Assembly (NCBI GenBank): GCA_951406725.2
Contig: OX597815.1
Coordinates: 205,778,001-205,842,000 of the forward strand
Source: Octopus vulgaris
Lineage: Eukaryota
Reading direction: 5' to 3'
DNA length: 64,000 nt
The translations under genes and the position numbers were made by a program. Positions within the stretch are counted from its first letter, which is position 1. Each line of letters opens with the position of its first letter. Under the pieces are notes generated by a model that saw only the letters and a list, made by a program, of their open reading frames with translations, made no database searches and had not been told where the DNA came from. Positions 12,920 through 26,877 of the stretch are shown piece after piece.

Positions 12920-15092
12920 AATAATAATAAAAAGTTGCCATTTAGCTGGCACAGAAAAATTGATAACTTAATTATAAATGCACATATAAGGAAGAAAAAG
13001 CTACTAATATACATAAATATATTAGAAACGCATATGCAAATTTTAAAAAATATGAATTTTAAAAAATATTTAAAACCAGACAATGTATTTTTAAAAATTA
13101 CAATCTCTGACATTTCTGTAAACATTTATTTTGCCCTCTACCCCAAAAAAAACACCATCTTTCTTACATTTAAAAATTAGCCTATATGAGACCCTTTTCT
13201 GATAAACATTTAAGAACCATTCTAGCTAAATTAGAAATTATAGATAGATTATCTAGATGTAATATCAAAACAGGTTACTATGATAGACATGCATCATCCT
13301 TCAACAATAAATAACAGAAGAAAGCGATCATATTCTAATTAACAATATCACATTTTATACTTGCATGTGAAAAATTCTCAAAAGATACAATATAAAAATC
13401 ATAAAATATTTATCAAATTCTAAATAGTAGATTCTAAAGCAAATGGTTAATTTTGATATTTCAAATCTCAATGTAAAAATATGTCAAAGGAAATCACTCT
13501 TGGCTCAGGCTAGCACCTCACAAATTCAACAAAAATGCCAGGTTATCTCCGAGTTAATCAAGGCAATAATACCAGTCAAAAAGAACTTCAAAATCTGATG
13601 CACAGCATCTTAGGGGGAAAAAAAAAAAGTCTGAATGATAAAGCTCATCGTCAACTTGAAGTGATTGTCAAAAATATATCTCTTAATAATTTAAAGAGAG
13701 AATTGACAGCCAGAAGCAAGAATTTTCGGAAGGCCATGGTAAATAACATGTCACTTGAAAAGTGTTAATAGAAAGTTAATAAACATCTGTTTGCAGGAGT
13801 TTCTGTAATATCAAGAAACTTGGATATAATCAATAGTCCCCAAAATGAAATGCCAAGTATATTCAACAGTTAATTGCACACAATATTGAGATATTAGGGA
13901 CTATTACTGGAAATATCAGATAACTGCATGGACATCTGAAAAAGAATTCGTTCTGAAAATAGTATATAGCTCATCTGGTAAAACTCTCATAACGTTAATA
14001 GAATCTAATTGATTACATAATAGAATGTGGATTCCATATCGAAAATCATTTCAGTTATAGATTCTGCAGCTAATGCTTATGAAACAAGCATAAAACATCA
14101 GAATATTTCATTTCCATTTAAAGATATAAACCCATTGAGCTTAATGGAATAAATCAAAATTAATAGTTTCAAGTTTTACAATAGCTAATTGGGATACAAA
14201 AGGACTAAGGTTGTGTTTTACCTCATTGTTCAAGATAATGAATAAATCTCCAAATGCAACAAGCCTCTAATTTTTTTCTAAGATTTCGAGATGTTCCTAG
14301 CTGTACATTGTATAATCAAAAGGTCTGCATACAAAACTATATACGAAGAGATTTTCTAAGTTTACGAGAGCACACAAGAGAAATGTAAGTAATTTCTATG
14401 GTAATACAGTGATAAGCAGTCCAAAAATAGTAAGAGTAAAGACCCAAATAAAAAATGCTACTTAATACAAATTACAGAAATTTGTTAATTTCATTTGGCT
14501 TAAGCTTTTCTGATAATTTAAAATAATGAAAGTCTTGGAGTTGGATAAACAGTAGCTTATAAGCCTGCTGCTAAATGCAATTAGCAAGCACGGCTATGTG
14601 GCTAAGAAGTTCACTACTCAAGTGTGATTTTGGATGCAGTCACAATCTGCAGCATCCAGGGAATATACCTTGTGTTTGAAATTTGGTAATTGGAAGATGT
14701 ATGAAGCCAATAGTGTGTGTGTACATAGGTTTACATTCTATATTGAGCTGCAAACAGTAACTAACCATATTGTAGCTCTGTCCATTCAAAGGCATGGAGA
14801 ATTAAGAAAAAAACCCCCCGAAAAGTCCTTTATTTGAAAAACAAGTAATCGTTAGTGATAGGAAAGACATCTGGCTTCGGTGTTATGTATCTATCTAATT
14901 CATGATAACATGGAAAAACAGACATTATATCAGACTCATCTCAATGTTTACTGGCAGCAGTTTAAGTTCGATTTCCTATCCTTGTGTGCAATAAGAGAAA
15001 CTGGATAATAGGAAGAGAAGCAAGCGCTGTTCCCATGGAGTGTCTTCATATCTTGTACAAAATACAATATCAAAATTTCTCTCAATTGTATT

Positions 15093-15389
15093 CATCATCA
15101 TCATCATTTAGCGTCCGCTTTCCATGCTAGCATGGGTTGGATGGTTCAACTGGGGTCTGGGAAGCCAGAAGGCTGCATCAGGCCCAGTCTGATCTGGTAG
15201 TGTTTCTACAGCTGGATGCCCTTCCTAACGCCAACCACTCCGAGAGTGTAGTGGGTGCTTTTTACGTGCCACCCGCACAGGTGCCAGACGGAGCTAGCAA
15301 ACGGCCACGGACGGATGGTGCTTTTTACGTGCCACCGGCACGGGGGCCAGGCGAGGTTGGCAACGGCCACGAACGGATGGTGCTTTTAC
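15093..15389 (-). mobile_element. RTE 3' end fragment
   Basis: (CAT)n plus family body. Confidence 0.82.
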
Positions 15390-16089
15390 TAAATTATAAT
15401 AGTCAGTTCTGAGGATTTATCATCATCATCATCATCATCATTTAACATCTGTGTTCCATTCTGGCAGAGGGTGGATGGTTTGGCAGGATCCGATGTGTCC
15501 AAGGACTGCATGAGCTCTGGCTTGATGTCCTTCCTAAATCCAACCACTTTGCATCGTGGACTGGGTGATTTATTTTCATGCCACCTGCACTATTGAGGTT
15601 GCTGTGCAGCTTGCAGAACCTGGGTAAAGGGAAGTCAGTTTCATGTTAGGGGACAAGGGGATTGATCTATAAGAAGTGAGAGGAGGTGCAATAGTGGTTC
15701 TAATAGGGAAAGGGGAGAGAAAAAGAAAATGAACAGTAGAAGCTGCAAGAGACAGACAAATGTCAATGAGGTGCCTAGGCACAAACTGTGTTAAAAAATC
15801 ATATAGGATGGAGAATGAGGGGATGGGGAGGCAGGCTACCAAAATGGATAGTGTTGAAGGGTGGATGAGCAAAGAGCCATGAGTTGGGGAAGATAGAGTG
15901 ATGTAGAAGAAAGTGGTGGGGTGAGCTGCAGGAGTAGTAAAGATGAAACAATTGTCAGGAAGATGAGAAGCTGACCTAATGCAGAGGTGGTGGCAGCGAG
16001 TCACTGTGAGATGGGTGAAGAGTACAATACATAACACTTCCAAAACTTAGTTTTGCTGACAAGGGTGGGTCTTTTTGAGAACCTCATAT

Positions 16090-16469
16090 CATCAGAGATC
16101 CAGGTCCTTTGTCATCACTATCAGGCTCAGGCCACGAGATCACCCTCAACCACTCCATCCCATGTTTTCCTGGATTTCCCTCTTCCACAAGTTCTGGCCA
16201 CAGACAGTGAGTGGTACTTTTTATACAATTGCTCTTATTTATATTACTCTTTTACTCTTTTACTTGTTTCAGTCATTCGACTGCGGCCATGCTGGAGCAC
16301 CGCCTTTAATCGAGCAACTTGATCCCGGGACTTATTCTTTTGTAAGCCCAGTACTTATTCTATCGGTCTCTTTTGGCGATCCACTAAGTAACAGGGGCAT
16401 AAACACACCAGCATCGGTTGTCAAGCAATGCTAGGGGGACAAACACAGACGCAGAAAACACACACACGC

Positions 16470-16502
<33 letters not shown>

Positions 16503-16910
16503 TACGACGGGCTTCTTTCAGTTTCTGTCTACCAAATCCACTCACAAGGCTTTGGTCGGCCCGAGACTACAGTAGAAGACACTTGCCCAAGGTGCCACGC
16601 AGTGGGACTGAACCCGGAACCATGTGGTTGGTAAACAAGATCATCTATTCATACTAGCATGGTCTTCTTTCTTGCACACTCATATTGTACATCCAATGCA
16701 GTATGCTTGCTTCATTTCTTTTCAATTTTCTCAAGCCCTCTGCATTCAAAGCACATGTTTCACTACCATGTAGCATTACAGTTTTAACACACACATCATA
16801 CAGTCTGCCCTTCACTCTTAGGGAAAAGATTTTTTTTTTGTCAGTAGTGGTTGTAGCCCCCTTGAACTTTCCCCAACTAGTGCTCACTATAGCAACTATA
16901 TTTCAGAGCA
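16090..16910 (-). mobile_element. Old RTE LINE ORF remnant interrupted by a SINE
   Basis: SLRVKGRLYDVCVKTVMLHGSETCAL...RNEASILHWM (16654-16887) and a GRGKSRKTWDGVV-like segment near 16150-16200. Confidence 0.75.
16245..16638 (-). mobile_element. tRNA-derived SINE (family A), slightly 5'-truncated
   Basis: Family sequence match. Confidence 0.9.
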
Positions 16911-16974
16911 TCTACCTTCCTTGCTAGGTAGAAATTGTGTTCTGGAGTTGAAATAAAAAAAAAAAAAAAGCATA

Positions 16975-17131
16975 GGCGCAGGAGTGGCTGTGTGGTAAGT
17001 AGCTTGCTAACCAACCACATGGTTCCGGGTTCACTGCGTGGCATCTTGGGCAAGTGTCTTCTGCTATAGCCCCGGGCCGACCAATGCCTTGCGAGTGGAT
17101 TTGGTAGATGGAAACTGAAAGAAGCCTGTCG

Positions 17132-17166
<35 letters not shown>

Positions 17167-17377
17167 TTGTGTGTCTGTGTTTGTCCCCCAGCATTGCTTG
17201 ACAACCTGATGCTGGTGTGTTTACGTGTCCCCGTTACTTAGCGGTTCGGCAAAAGAGACCGATAGACATAGAATAAGTACTGGGCTTACAAAGAATAAGT
17301 CCCGGGCTCGATTTGTGCAACTAAAGGCGGTGCTCCAGCATGGCCGCAGTCAAATGACTGAAACAAGTAAAAGAGTA
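16975..17377 (+). mobile_element. tRNA-derived SINE (family A)
   Basis: Family sequence match; inverted relative to 16245-16638. Confidence 0.92.
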
Positions 17378-19399
17378 GCAAATAGCTAAAAGTCTGTACC
17401 AATATTTTCTTTTTTAAGAAATTATTCAAAATAGTTAACATTCTTTATCAACCCACTGAACATTTTAACTACTTTCAATACGGAATGACAAATTAACAAA
17501 AGGGAAGCTCTAAAAAAATCAATACTCTGCAATAATTCAAACTATTTAACACGAAAAGATTCTCTAGAAATAAAAAAAATAAAAAAAAAGAAATGCAAAA
17601 ATAAAAAGTGAAAAACTTTTACATTTGACGAAAGCAGACAATACTTGAAGACAGCACTGCTTGAATGGGTTGTTGGAACTAATAAATTAGCAATTTTTGA
17701 GACAGAATCACTTCTGGAGATGGAACTAATAATACTGTTACTAGTAATCGAAGAAAACGAGATTACTATCATTGAATTTAATGACAATTCCCTCTCCTGC
17801 CTATCCAATATGGAGGTTATAAGTGTATCTAAAAGCATCATGTTTTATAGCATCAAATATAACAATAAGCATTTATAATCCATTGAATGAGAAACTAAAT
17901 CTAGTGAGAATCCAAAATAGATAACTGCTGATATATGTAATACAAACAGATAACTTAAGTTAGACGAATATGTTGAGTAATGGCAGCATGGGATATATAT
18001 ATATAAGATGTAGTTTATATTTATATTTATATTTATTTATATTCTCTTATACATATTGTACTTACTGTATCATATTACTCCTTCATGTACACTGTTTTGT
18101 TCTATATTATTATGTTTGACCTTAAAGTTTCTTATGTAGTGGTTTAACAAAGTATGTGATTGGGTATTATCTGGTAGTTGATATTTGATTTAGATGTATT
18201 TCTCCATTTTCTTATTTTGTATTATGAATTTGTGGTAAAACATTTTACCTTTGCCCATATAATACAGTAAATGAATTAATTGCATTGCAATTCTTAACAT
18301 TTATGTATTAACTTTGTTGGGTACTTCACTAGCAGTATATTGGATATATGTTATCCCATGGAGGGTTGCATTTACAACCCCTATCTCAATTTGTAATATA
18401 TATATGTATATATATGTATCATCATTGCTTAAAGCCTGCTTTCCATGCTGGCCATCCTTTAATGGCCAATTCCCAATTCATATGCTGGCATAGGATGGAT
18501 GGTTCGACCAGAGCTGGTTCCAGTCTGATTTGGTTTGGTTTCTATGGCTGGATGCCCTTCCTAATATAGTAAAAACCTTAACTTATGATGAAGCAAAATA
18601 AATACTAAATAGAAATACACCGTAGCTCTCTCAACTTTTGTCAATGAAGACGATGTCACATTTACAGTGACCAAAGTTCATTTGTAGTAAAGAGAAAAAT
18701 ACTTAAAAACTCAACAAATAAAAGACAAAAGTTCTTATCAAGCTCACTTTATATTGATTTCAATTGATTGGTTATTTATGATTATTACACACAAAATATG
18801 CTGCTATGTAGCAACATACATAAAAAAAATTATCATCAAGAAAATATTCCCTGAAGTATTTAGCTTTTCATTTAGTTATACAGAAATCAGTTATTTAAAC
18901 TGTAATAAAAACTGTTGGCTAAATGTAGAATATGTGATATCACAATTAAAAAAAAAAAGAAAAGAAATCTAGATTTTCTATGATCAAACTAAATAAAAAA
19001 AAAAAATAAGTACAACTTTTGACTTTATTACTCTCATAAGTTGACACATTTATGGAAGAAAAAAAATGAAACAAAAGGTTTGTAGCAAGATCACGTTTTG
19101 CACTAATGATAAACAAAAAATATCAAAGACACTGTTTAATATAGAATTTTACTGCAAGCTAACTTATCAAAAGATCATGTAGGTGTAATGAGGATATTGA
19201 TTATTTTGATAAATAGCATTTTGTATATCATTCCAACATACAAACAGCAAAGAGTAAATAAGCATACAGAGAATTAGTTAAAGGTTTATACAGGATTGTA
19301 TGCACATGTACACACGTTACATTTAAAGTGCTATAAACAACAAACTTAAATTATAGCATTAGTAAATGTTTCAGGGATCTTTAGTTGTAGAACTAAAAT

Positions 19400-19534
19400 A
19401 CAAGTGGGTGTTGAAAAGTGGCTTTAAGGGTATCATGAAAGGCCTGGTGGGAGACCCAATCGTCCGTGTTCTTTTACAGGGTTTAGAAAGATTGAAGGGC
19501 CACTGCAATAAGTGTGTGAATCTGAGAGAGGAAT
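19400..19534 (+). mobile_element. mariner-derived fragment
   Basis: gtgggtgttgaaaagt TIR-like start and a GLERLKGHCNKCVNLREEY C-terminal mariner-like peptide. Confidence 0.45.
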
Positions 19535-19859
19535 ATCATCATCATCATCATCGTTTAACGTCCGTTCTCCATGCTGGCATGGGTTGGACGGTTCGACTGG
19601 GGATCTGGGAAGTCAGAAGGCTGCACCAGGCTCCAGGCTTATCTGGCAGTGTTTCTACAGCTGGATGCCCTTCCTAACGCCAATCACTCCGTGAGTGTAG
19701 TGGGTGCTTTTTACGTGCCACCTGCACAGGTGCCAGGCGAGGCTGGCAACGGCCACGGTCGGATTGGTGCATTTTATGTGCCACCAGCACAGAAGCCAGT
19801 CGAGGTGTCACTGGCATCGGCCACGATTCGGATGGTGCTTTTTACGTGCCACCGGCATG
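19535..19859 (-). mobile_element. RTE 3' end fragment
   Basis: (CAT)n plus family body. Confidence 0.82.
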
Positions 19860-21284
19860 GACGTTGAATAAAATCATAACTGATCCTTCTACATTTTCTT
19901 TTGTGTGCAGACAATTTGTTGACAGAATAATCGTACATATATTTTTATAAATAAAGTGTTTTTTTATCTGTAAATCTAATAAAACTTTTGTAATTTTAAC
20001 TTTGTTTTTAAAAAATTTTGACATATTGTCCTTTCAGCAAATTGTCCAACCGGTCAATTGTCCTGTCTGTAAGTTGTCTGTTGACGAATAGTCCACCATT
20101 TACTTTTACCCAAAACCAGGAACTTTCCACCCCCACCCCACCCCCCGGCTTCAAGCTTATATGGAATTTCAGAAGAGTAGCTTGCTGACAAAAACTGTAC
20201 ATCTTGGACATAGGTTAGAATCTGCAATAAACTCTGGGACTATTAAGTCCAGAGCTTAACCCAATTTCTATGGTGTGTATGCAATTGAGACTAAGATACC
20301 AATCTGTTGCAGGGTTAACTTCCCAACGATTGTTGGAGCTTAATTATGACTGAGTGAACTGGAGCAATGTGAAATGAAGTGTTTTGTTAAAAAAACAATG
20401 CATTGCTTGATCCTTGAATCTTAAGATTGTGAGTGTAACACATTAACCATGCACTTTCGCTGGTCATAGATTGCTTGTCTGAAGGTCACTTAGCGACAAA
20501 TTTAAAATATCCAAGATGAAAAGTATACAAATAATTCACGATCAGTTGTAATAAATATAAGGTAAACAGTAAAAGATACAGTTCTGAAATTGTACCAATT
20601 CCAATAAAAACATAATCAGTTGTGTTACAAGTTTACTATTTTTCATAGGAGAATGCCTAATTCAATTATTTACTACTTAAATTAGGATTGGAAAATATGT
20701 TTAAAGCCTCACTAATTCTTCTATTTCTTAATTTCCTTTTCAGGAGGCCAAACTATAATCTCTAGAATGCAACAAATTTTCAACTTTCATTTCAAATCAT
20801 ACTTTAGATGAATAATTGTCAAACATCTTATGAATCAAGACATCTCCAGAGAAATATGAATCGAAGCATCAACTGAGATAATGTGCTGAAAAAGCTCCTG
20901 CTGAGAAACCAATTTCACTTTTGAAGATCACTCGGCAACCCCTACACAAATATTACTTTTATAGACGACGAGATATGAACTGAAGCTCTCCCCATCCTCA
21001 TAGCAACTTTAATTTATAGAATTTGACCAGTTATTCTTCTGTTGCCTCTGTAACACACACCTTTCTGATGACTGGTTTTAGCGGAAACATTTCAAAATTT
21101 CAATGCAAACAAAACAATACGGTGAATATTTAGTCCACGCTAATTGCCAATAATTGAAAGCATTTCAGGCAAGGCCATCCTGTACATCCTGTGTAGGTCT
21201 AAATTATCCTATATGTTTTTTCCTTTGACATCACAGGGTGTGATTTAGAAAAAGACATAGCTGTTATTTCTTTTAAGCTGAGTG

Positions 21285-21721
21285 ACTGCGGTGTCGGTGG
21301 CACGTAAAAGCACCATCCGTTCGTGTTCGTTGCCAGCCTCGGCTGGCCCCCGTGCCGGTGACACGTAAAAGCACCGTCCGTTCGTGGCCGTTTGCCAGCT
21401 CTGTCTGGCCCCGTGTCAGTGGCACGTAAAAGCACCATCCGTTCATGTCCGTTGCCAGCATCACCTGGCCCTGTGCCGTTGACACATAAAAGCACCATCC
21501 GTTCGTGGCCGTTCGCCAGCTCTGTCTGGCACCTGTGCAGGTGGCACGTAAAAAACACCCACTACACTCGCAGAGTGGTTGGCGTTAGGAAGGGCATCCA
21601 GCCGTAGAAACACTGCCAGATCTGACTGGGCCTGACGAAGCCTTCCAGCTTCACAGACCCCAGTTGACCCGTCCAACCCATGCTAGCATGGAAAGCGGAC
21701 GCTAAATGATGATGATGATGA
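21285..21721 (+). mobile_element. RTE 3' end with ~5 internal tandem units
   Basis: Ends in (GAT)n; repeated ggcacgtaaaagcacc units. Confidence 0.82.
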
Positions 21722-21809
21722 CTGCATAGAAGCTTCCTTGTTGGCTAGTGAATAGAATATCTTGAAGTATAGCATTCTACTATCAATTTTCTTTTTACAT
21801 TATTTTAGG

Positions 21810-22235
21810 TATGACTGTGGTAGAGTTCACTTCTCTCAATCATCTGGCTATGGGTTTAGTCCCACTTGCAGCATTTTGCGAGTGGATTTGGTAAATGGAA
21901 TCTAAAAGAAGCCCATTGTGTGTGTATTTGGTAAATGGAATCTAAAAGAAGTCCAGTGTGTGTGTGTGTGTGTGTGTGTGAATATGTACATACGAGTGTC
22001 TCCTTGTTTTGAAGGAGTGTCACCATAGCTGTAAATGAGTGTCACCATCTTACAAGCAGCATTGCTTTATTCTCAATCTTCTGTAAAAACATGTCTGGCC
22101 ATCAGGAAATATCCCCATCGCTTGGAATCTATTGAGGGCTGGTGACAAGAAGGGCATCTAGTCATAGAAAATCTGCTTAATGAATTCCATCAGACCCATG
22201 TAAGCATAGAAAAGTGGACTTTAAAATAAAGGTGA
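21810..22235 (+). mobile_element. Old tRNA-SINE with a family-A-like head and an RTE-type tail
   Basis: Degenerate head and gagtggatttggtaaatggaa body, then gaagggcatctag...acccatgtaagcatagaaaagtggac as in the RTE 3' end. Confidence 0.6.
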
Positions 22236-23237
22236 TAAATTTTAACTGAACTATGGTTGTCATCCTGAGATCCAATTCACATTTACCCCTCCAGTAAACT
22301 AGAAAAACCAATAATTTACAGATTGAGATTATTTATATTTGTTTACCCTCTAGAATACAATTAAGTTTCGTAAAAGTTGACTAATTCATTTAAATTGCAA
22401 TTTTCAGTTTCCTCAAAATTAAACTTCAGCAGCCGTTTTCAAAGATTAAAAAAAACAAAAAAAAATATATGAAATACATCTATGGCAGTTTTATACTGTG
22501 AAATTATTACGAACAATGCATTTCTGTAAGGCCTGTGCATGTTATTTGAACCCTGCAATTTTCAAAAGGATTTATTAACCTGAACATTATTTTAAAAAAT
22601 ACTATATTTAAGATATTTTGTAAAATCTAAAATATATTTGTATCTCCGAAGCTCTAAGGTCGAGTCTCAAATAGAAAATATATTCCAAAGAATTATCATT
22701 ATTAATCAACAAAAAGATAATCCTCACACAAAAATAATAAAGGCTGTATAATTCAAATGTCTAGGCTATCTGGAATGAGCAGATGACTAACAAAAAGACA
22801 TTCATGATAAGATATGATAAAACAAAACCCAAAAATTATGTCAACATGACATGTACAAAAAAAGATAATTTATGTCTAATTCCAACAGACTGCTTGCTGT
22901 CTTTCAGCAGATTAAAATATTAAAATAATGTTAAATCACCAGCTTATTCGTGTCCCTGAATACAATTTTTACATCTCTGGTTAAGAATATTATCAAATTG
23001 TATGGATACATACAGAATATTTCATTTAGTCTCATGACATTTAAAAGCTTCCAAATGTAACTCTATCCTTAGTTATCTAACATTTTGCCTGGTTACTTTC
23101 TTTTCTCCCCCACATGCATTCTTCAAAGCCATATTTGCAGTAGATCTCTCTTCAATGAAAGACTTTCTCAAAAGGTTAGAATTCTTGTCTCTCTGCAGCA
23201 TACAAACCTAATTCAAATTTACTTGGACTCTGGTTTT

Positions 23238-23602
23238 TATCTTTTACTTGTTTCAGTCATTGTACTGTGGTCATGCTGGAGCACCACATTGAAGGGTTTA
23301 ATCAAACAAGCCAACCTCAATATTAAATTTTTGAAGTCTGGTATATATTCTACTGGCCGTTTTTTTTTGTTGCTAAACTGCTAATTTATAGTGATGTAAG
23401 CCAAAGAATACCAGTTTTCAAGGGAAGGTGACAAACAAACACAATGGTTTCTACACAGTTGCCATCTTCCAAATTCACTCACAAGACATCGATTGGTTCA
23501 GCATGGAGCTATAAAAGTCACTTGCCCAAAGTGCCACACAGTGGAACTGAACCTGAAGCCATGTGGTTGCAAAGCAAACTTTTTAACCACACAACCATGC
23601 CT
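23238..23602 (-). mobile_element. Degraded tRNA-derived SINE (family A)
   Basis: Diverged match to both tail and head. Confidence 0.75.
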
Positions 23603-23689
23603 CTTGCATCTGTAGTTTAGACAGGTTACACGGTATAAAATTCCTAATTTCTTTTCTGCATACTGAGCTTAACCCCACCCCAAGCTGTG

Positions 23690-24000
23690 CTATAGTCTCA
23701 TCTTTTATGTTGAGTACTAATATTTTTTGTTAGGTTTACTTTGAGGCCCCAATTTGAGACTTTACATCTAAGCTTGCAATTTCTCAAAATCTTTCACAGA
23801 TCCAGCTATGAGAACTAGGTCGTCAGTATACAGGAATTTTCATGGACTGTTTTGTTTTGCAGAAATATAACAAACAGTAAGTTTAGAACCAAGCATCAAT
23901 TGACACCTGACAATATCTCTGTATGTAACTTCCCTCTTTCTTTTCAGTGTGAGTGAAGGCATGTGTACTGTCATTACTTTACCCCCATACTGGCATCATA
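23690..24000 (-). mobile_element. Old RTE-type reverse transcriptase relic
   Basis: Minus strand reads FLYTDDLVLIA (YADD-like) near 23805-23840, followed by GLKVNLTK. Confidence 0.6.
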
Positions 24001-25027
24001 CTTTGCAAGCAAGAACATTGTCAGTCTCTAGTCCTCATATTTCAGAGTATATGAAACATCTTACTAGACATCATGATTCTGTACTAGCTTGCTTATATTG
24101 TTTTTAACTCTCTTCCAAGGCATGGCTTTTTACTGAACTAATCAACCATCAGATTACTTCTCTGGTTGGAACTTTCCACCAATCAAAAATCTGATCCATT
24201 GCTCTCAGTAAGTTGTCTTATAGAAATTTCACTTTCTATAAGACAACCCCTGGTCTATCTCCCCATTCTTCTCATCATGCACATCACCTAGTACTTTTCT
24301 GAATACAAGTCTGACTGAAGGATTTTTCAGCTTCCTTACCCTCCTTTGCCTGATTGTCATGTGCTCTATAATCCAACTAGCTTTATCTTAAGGTTGCTAA
24401 TCATTAGCTTATGTTGAGTGGTGTATTTCAGAAAAAGGACTTAATATCCATGTTCTCTGGTCCGTGTGAAGTCTATCTTTCTTGCATATCCTCCTATAAG
24501 CCAGTTTCTTAAAGTCAGTGTTGCAAATGGATAAGTAATTTGTGTCACAGAACTCACATTCGTGATTCTTCCTCATTCCACATACCATATCTATAATCTT
24601 CACGTGTGTTAGAGAAGTCATAATGGTGTTGACAAAAAATGCCGGTGAATCTAATGAATATATTGGGCAAGCTCCCATAACTAGTTTAAACTCATGTTTT
24701 TATTTGGCAATCCTGAATGAATGCTTTATATGAAACTAAAATATGAAGACAGATGTAACATGCAACATTAACACAAAATACACAATGAAGAAAGATGACC
24801 TAATTCTGGAGATATTACAGTGTATCATTTGGTTGTATCACGATGACACAGTTTCTCAATCTGGTCATGAATGATGTTTTTTGGTTTACGAATATATGGT
24901 TGTAAAATCATATCAGATAACAGATTCAACATGTGACTGATTATATCAGCAGTAAAGCAGGCAGAGTAGGAAGAAATGGCAAAGCCACAAGAACGTACCC
25001 GAAATACTTAATGACAAGTTTATTTTT

Positions 25028-25151
25028 CTTTATATAACATTAAAGCTCCCTTCAATCCCTTTATATAACATTAAAGCTCCCTTCAATCCCTTTATATAAC
25101 ATTAAAGCTCCCTTCAGTCCCTTTATATAACATTAAAGCTCTCTTCAATCC
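25028..25151. repeat. 31-bp tandem repeat x4
   Basis: ctttatataacattaaagctcccttcaatcc repeated four times. Confidence 0.95.
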
Positions 25152-25483
25152 ATCAATGATAACTAGTAGTAATGATTTAACATATACAAAAACATTAAAT
25201 TACACGTGACATCAAGTATCCCAGTTAGTGTTGCGACACATGATACCAAACCAAACTATATAAATATTTATTTTAATGAAAACTATCATCTTTAGAACTA
25301 ATTTACTTACAAGAATTTCTTCCTTAATTAATCTTTAAATCATTGTTTCATACATTAATCAAATAGAAAAAATATGCAAATATCAAAGAACACACAATTT
25401 CACAACTGATATGAACACAGAATGACTTCATTAAGGATTACTACATTAAGATTTTTAACTAACATATTTCGAGAGCTATTTCT

Positions 25484-25708
25484 TTAACACTTTAGCATTC
25501 AGATCACTGTCAAATGTAATACTTAATAATTTACATTGTTTTGAATTAATTATGCATTATCTTGCAGCTTTAAAACTTTGATAATATGATTGTTATTTTT
25601 AGAATGACATTGTAGGTTAGGTGTGAGAAGCTGGATCTGGCCAGTTTGAACATAAAACTTGTAGGATATTTAGGCCAGATATGACTAATTTAAATGCTAA
25701 TGGGTCAA
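25484..25708. mobile_element. TTAA-flanked MITE family 2
   Basis: ttaacactttagcattc...aatgctaatgggtcaa; homology to sibling copies. Confidence 0.7.
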
Positions 25709-25908
25709 AGGCCATAACGACCTATAAGGCTGGTGTTAAAAATCTGGTTTCTTTAAAACTAAACATTGTTCATCCCCCTCTTGCATAGGACATTGCTTAA
25801 TTCCAGCTTTCTTTCCGGAAGAGGAAAAGAACTAATGTTCTGCTTCCACTTGGTATGTCACTTATGGCACCTACTTAGCATTAGATGGATCCTGCCATTG
25901 ACAATTAA

Positions 25909-26129
25909 CCCTTTCATTACCGTATTTATTTTGAGATGCTCTGTGTTTCTTTCAATTATTTTAAATATAACAAAGAATTTAGTAAAATAACTTAGTTATC
26001 ATTAAGCTAGTGTTAGGAACATAAATTGTGACTAAGGTTTGGTGGAAGATTTTAATTCAAAACTTATGAAAGCAAGACATTTGTATTACAGAGCCAGAGC
26101 CGGTTTCAGCCGGGTTGGTAACGAAAGGG
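25909..26129. mobile_element. piggyBac-like MITE family 1 (221 bp)
   Basis: TTAA|ccctttcattacc...ggtaacgaaaggg|TTAA; inverted sibling at 43045-43265. Confidence 0.85.
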
Positions 26130-26277
26130 TTAAGTGTCATGGCCAAGACATAATGCAGCAACAACAATGTATAAACCACTATTCTCTCAGTTGTCCAATA
26201 TACAACTAACTCAACCACCCAAGATATATTAAAGGAAAGCAGAAGCTAAATTTTATATTAAACAGAAAATACATGCA

Positions 26278-26877
26278 AGGCAGCAAGCTGGCAGAACCAT
26301 TAGCGCCCCGGGCGAAATGCTTAGCGGTATTTCGTCTGACGTTACGTTCTGAGTTCAAATTCCGCCAAGGTCGACTTTGCCTTTCATCCTTTCGGGGTCG
26401 ATAAATAAAGTACCAGTTTCGCACTGGGGTCGATGTAATCGACTTAATCCATTTGTCTGTCCTTGTTTGTCCCCTCTAAATGTAGCCCCTTGTGGGTAGT
26501 AAAGAAATAGGTATTCCATCTGCCGCTGCGTTCTGAGTTCAAATTCCGCCGAGGTCGACTTTGCCTTTCATCCTTTCGGGGTCGATAAATAAAGTACCAG
26601 TTTTGCACTGGGGTCGATGTAATCGACTTAATCCATTTGTCTGTCCTTGTTTGTCCCCTCTATATTTAGCCCCTTGTGGGTAGTAAAGAAATAGGTATTT
26701 CGTCTGCCGCTGCGTTCTGAGTTCAAATTCCGCCGAGGTCGACTTTGCCTTTCGTCCTTTCGGGGTCGATAAATAAAGTACCAGTTTCGCACTGGGGTCG
26801 ATATAATCGACTTAATCCATTTGTCTGTCCTTGCTTGTCCCCTCTATATTTAGCCCCTTGTGGGTAGTAAAGAAATA
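26278..26877 (+). mobile_element. Nin/Deu-domain tRNA-SINE (family B) with a triplicated 184-bp body
   Basis: gcctttcatcctttcggggtcgataaa..aagtacc domain; units start at 26326, 26510 and 26694. Confidence 0.85.

Noticed and set aside
17542-17878. Overlapping 99-aa and 77-aa ORFs as a possible alternative IQGAP exon
   Set aside because: No recognisable homology; the only candidate donor is weak and out of phase with the 8560 acceptor.
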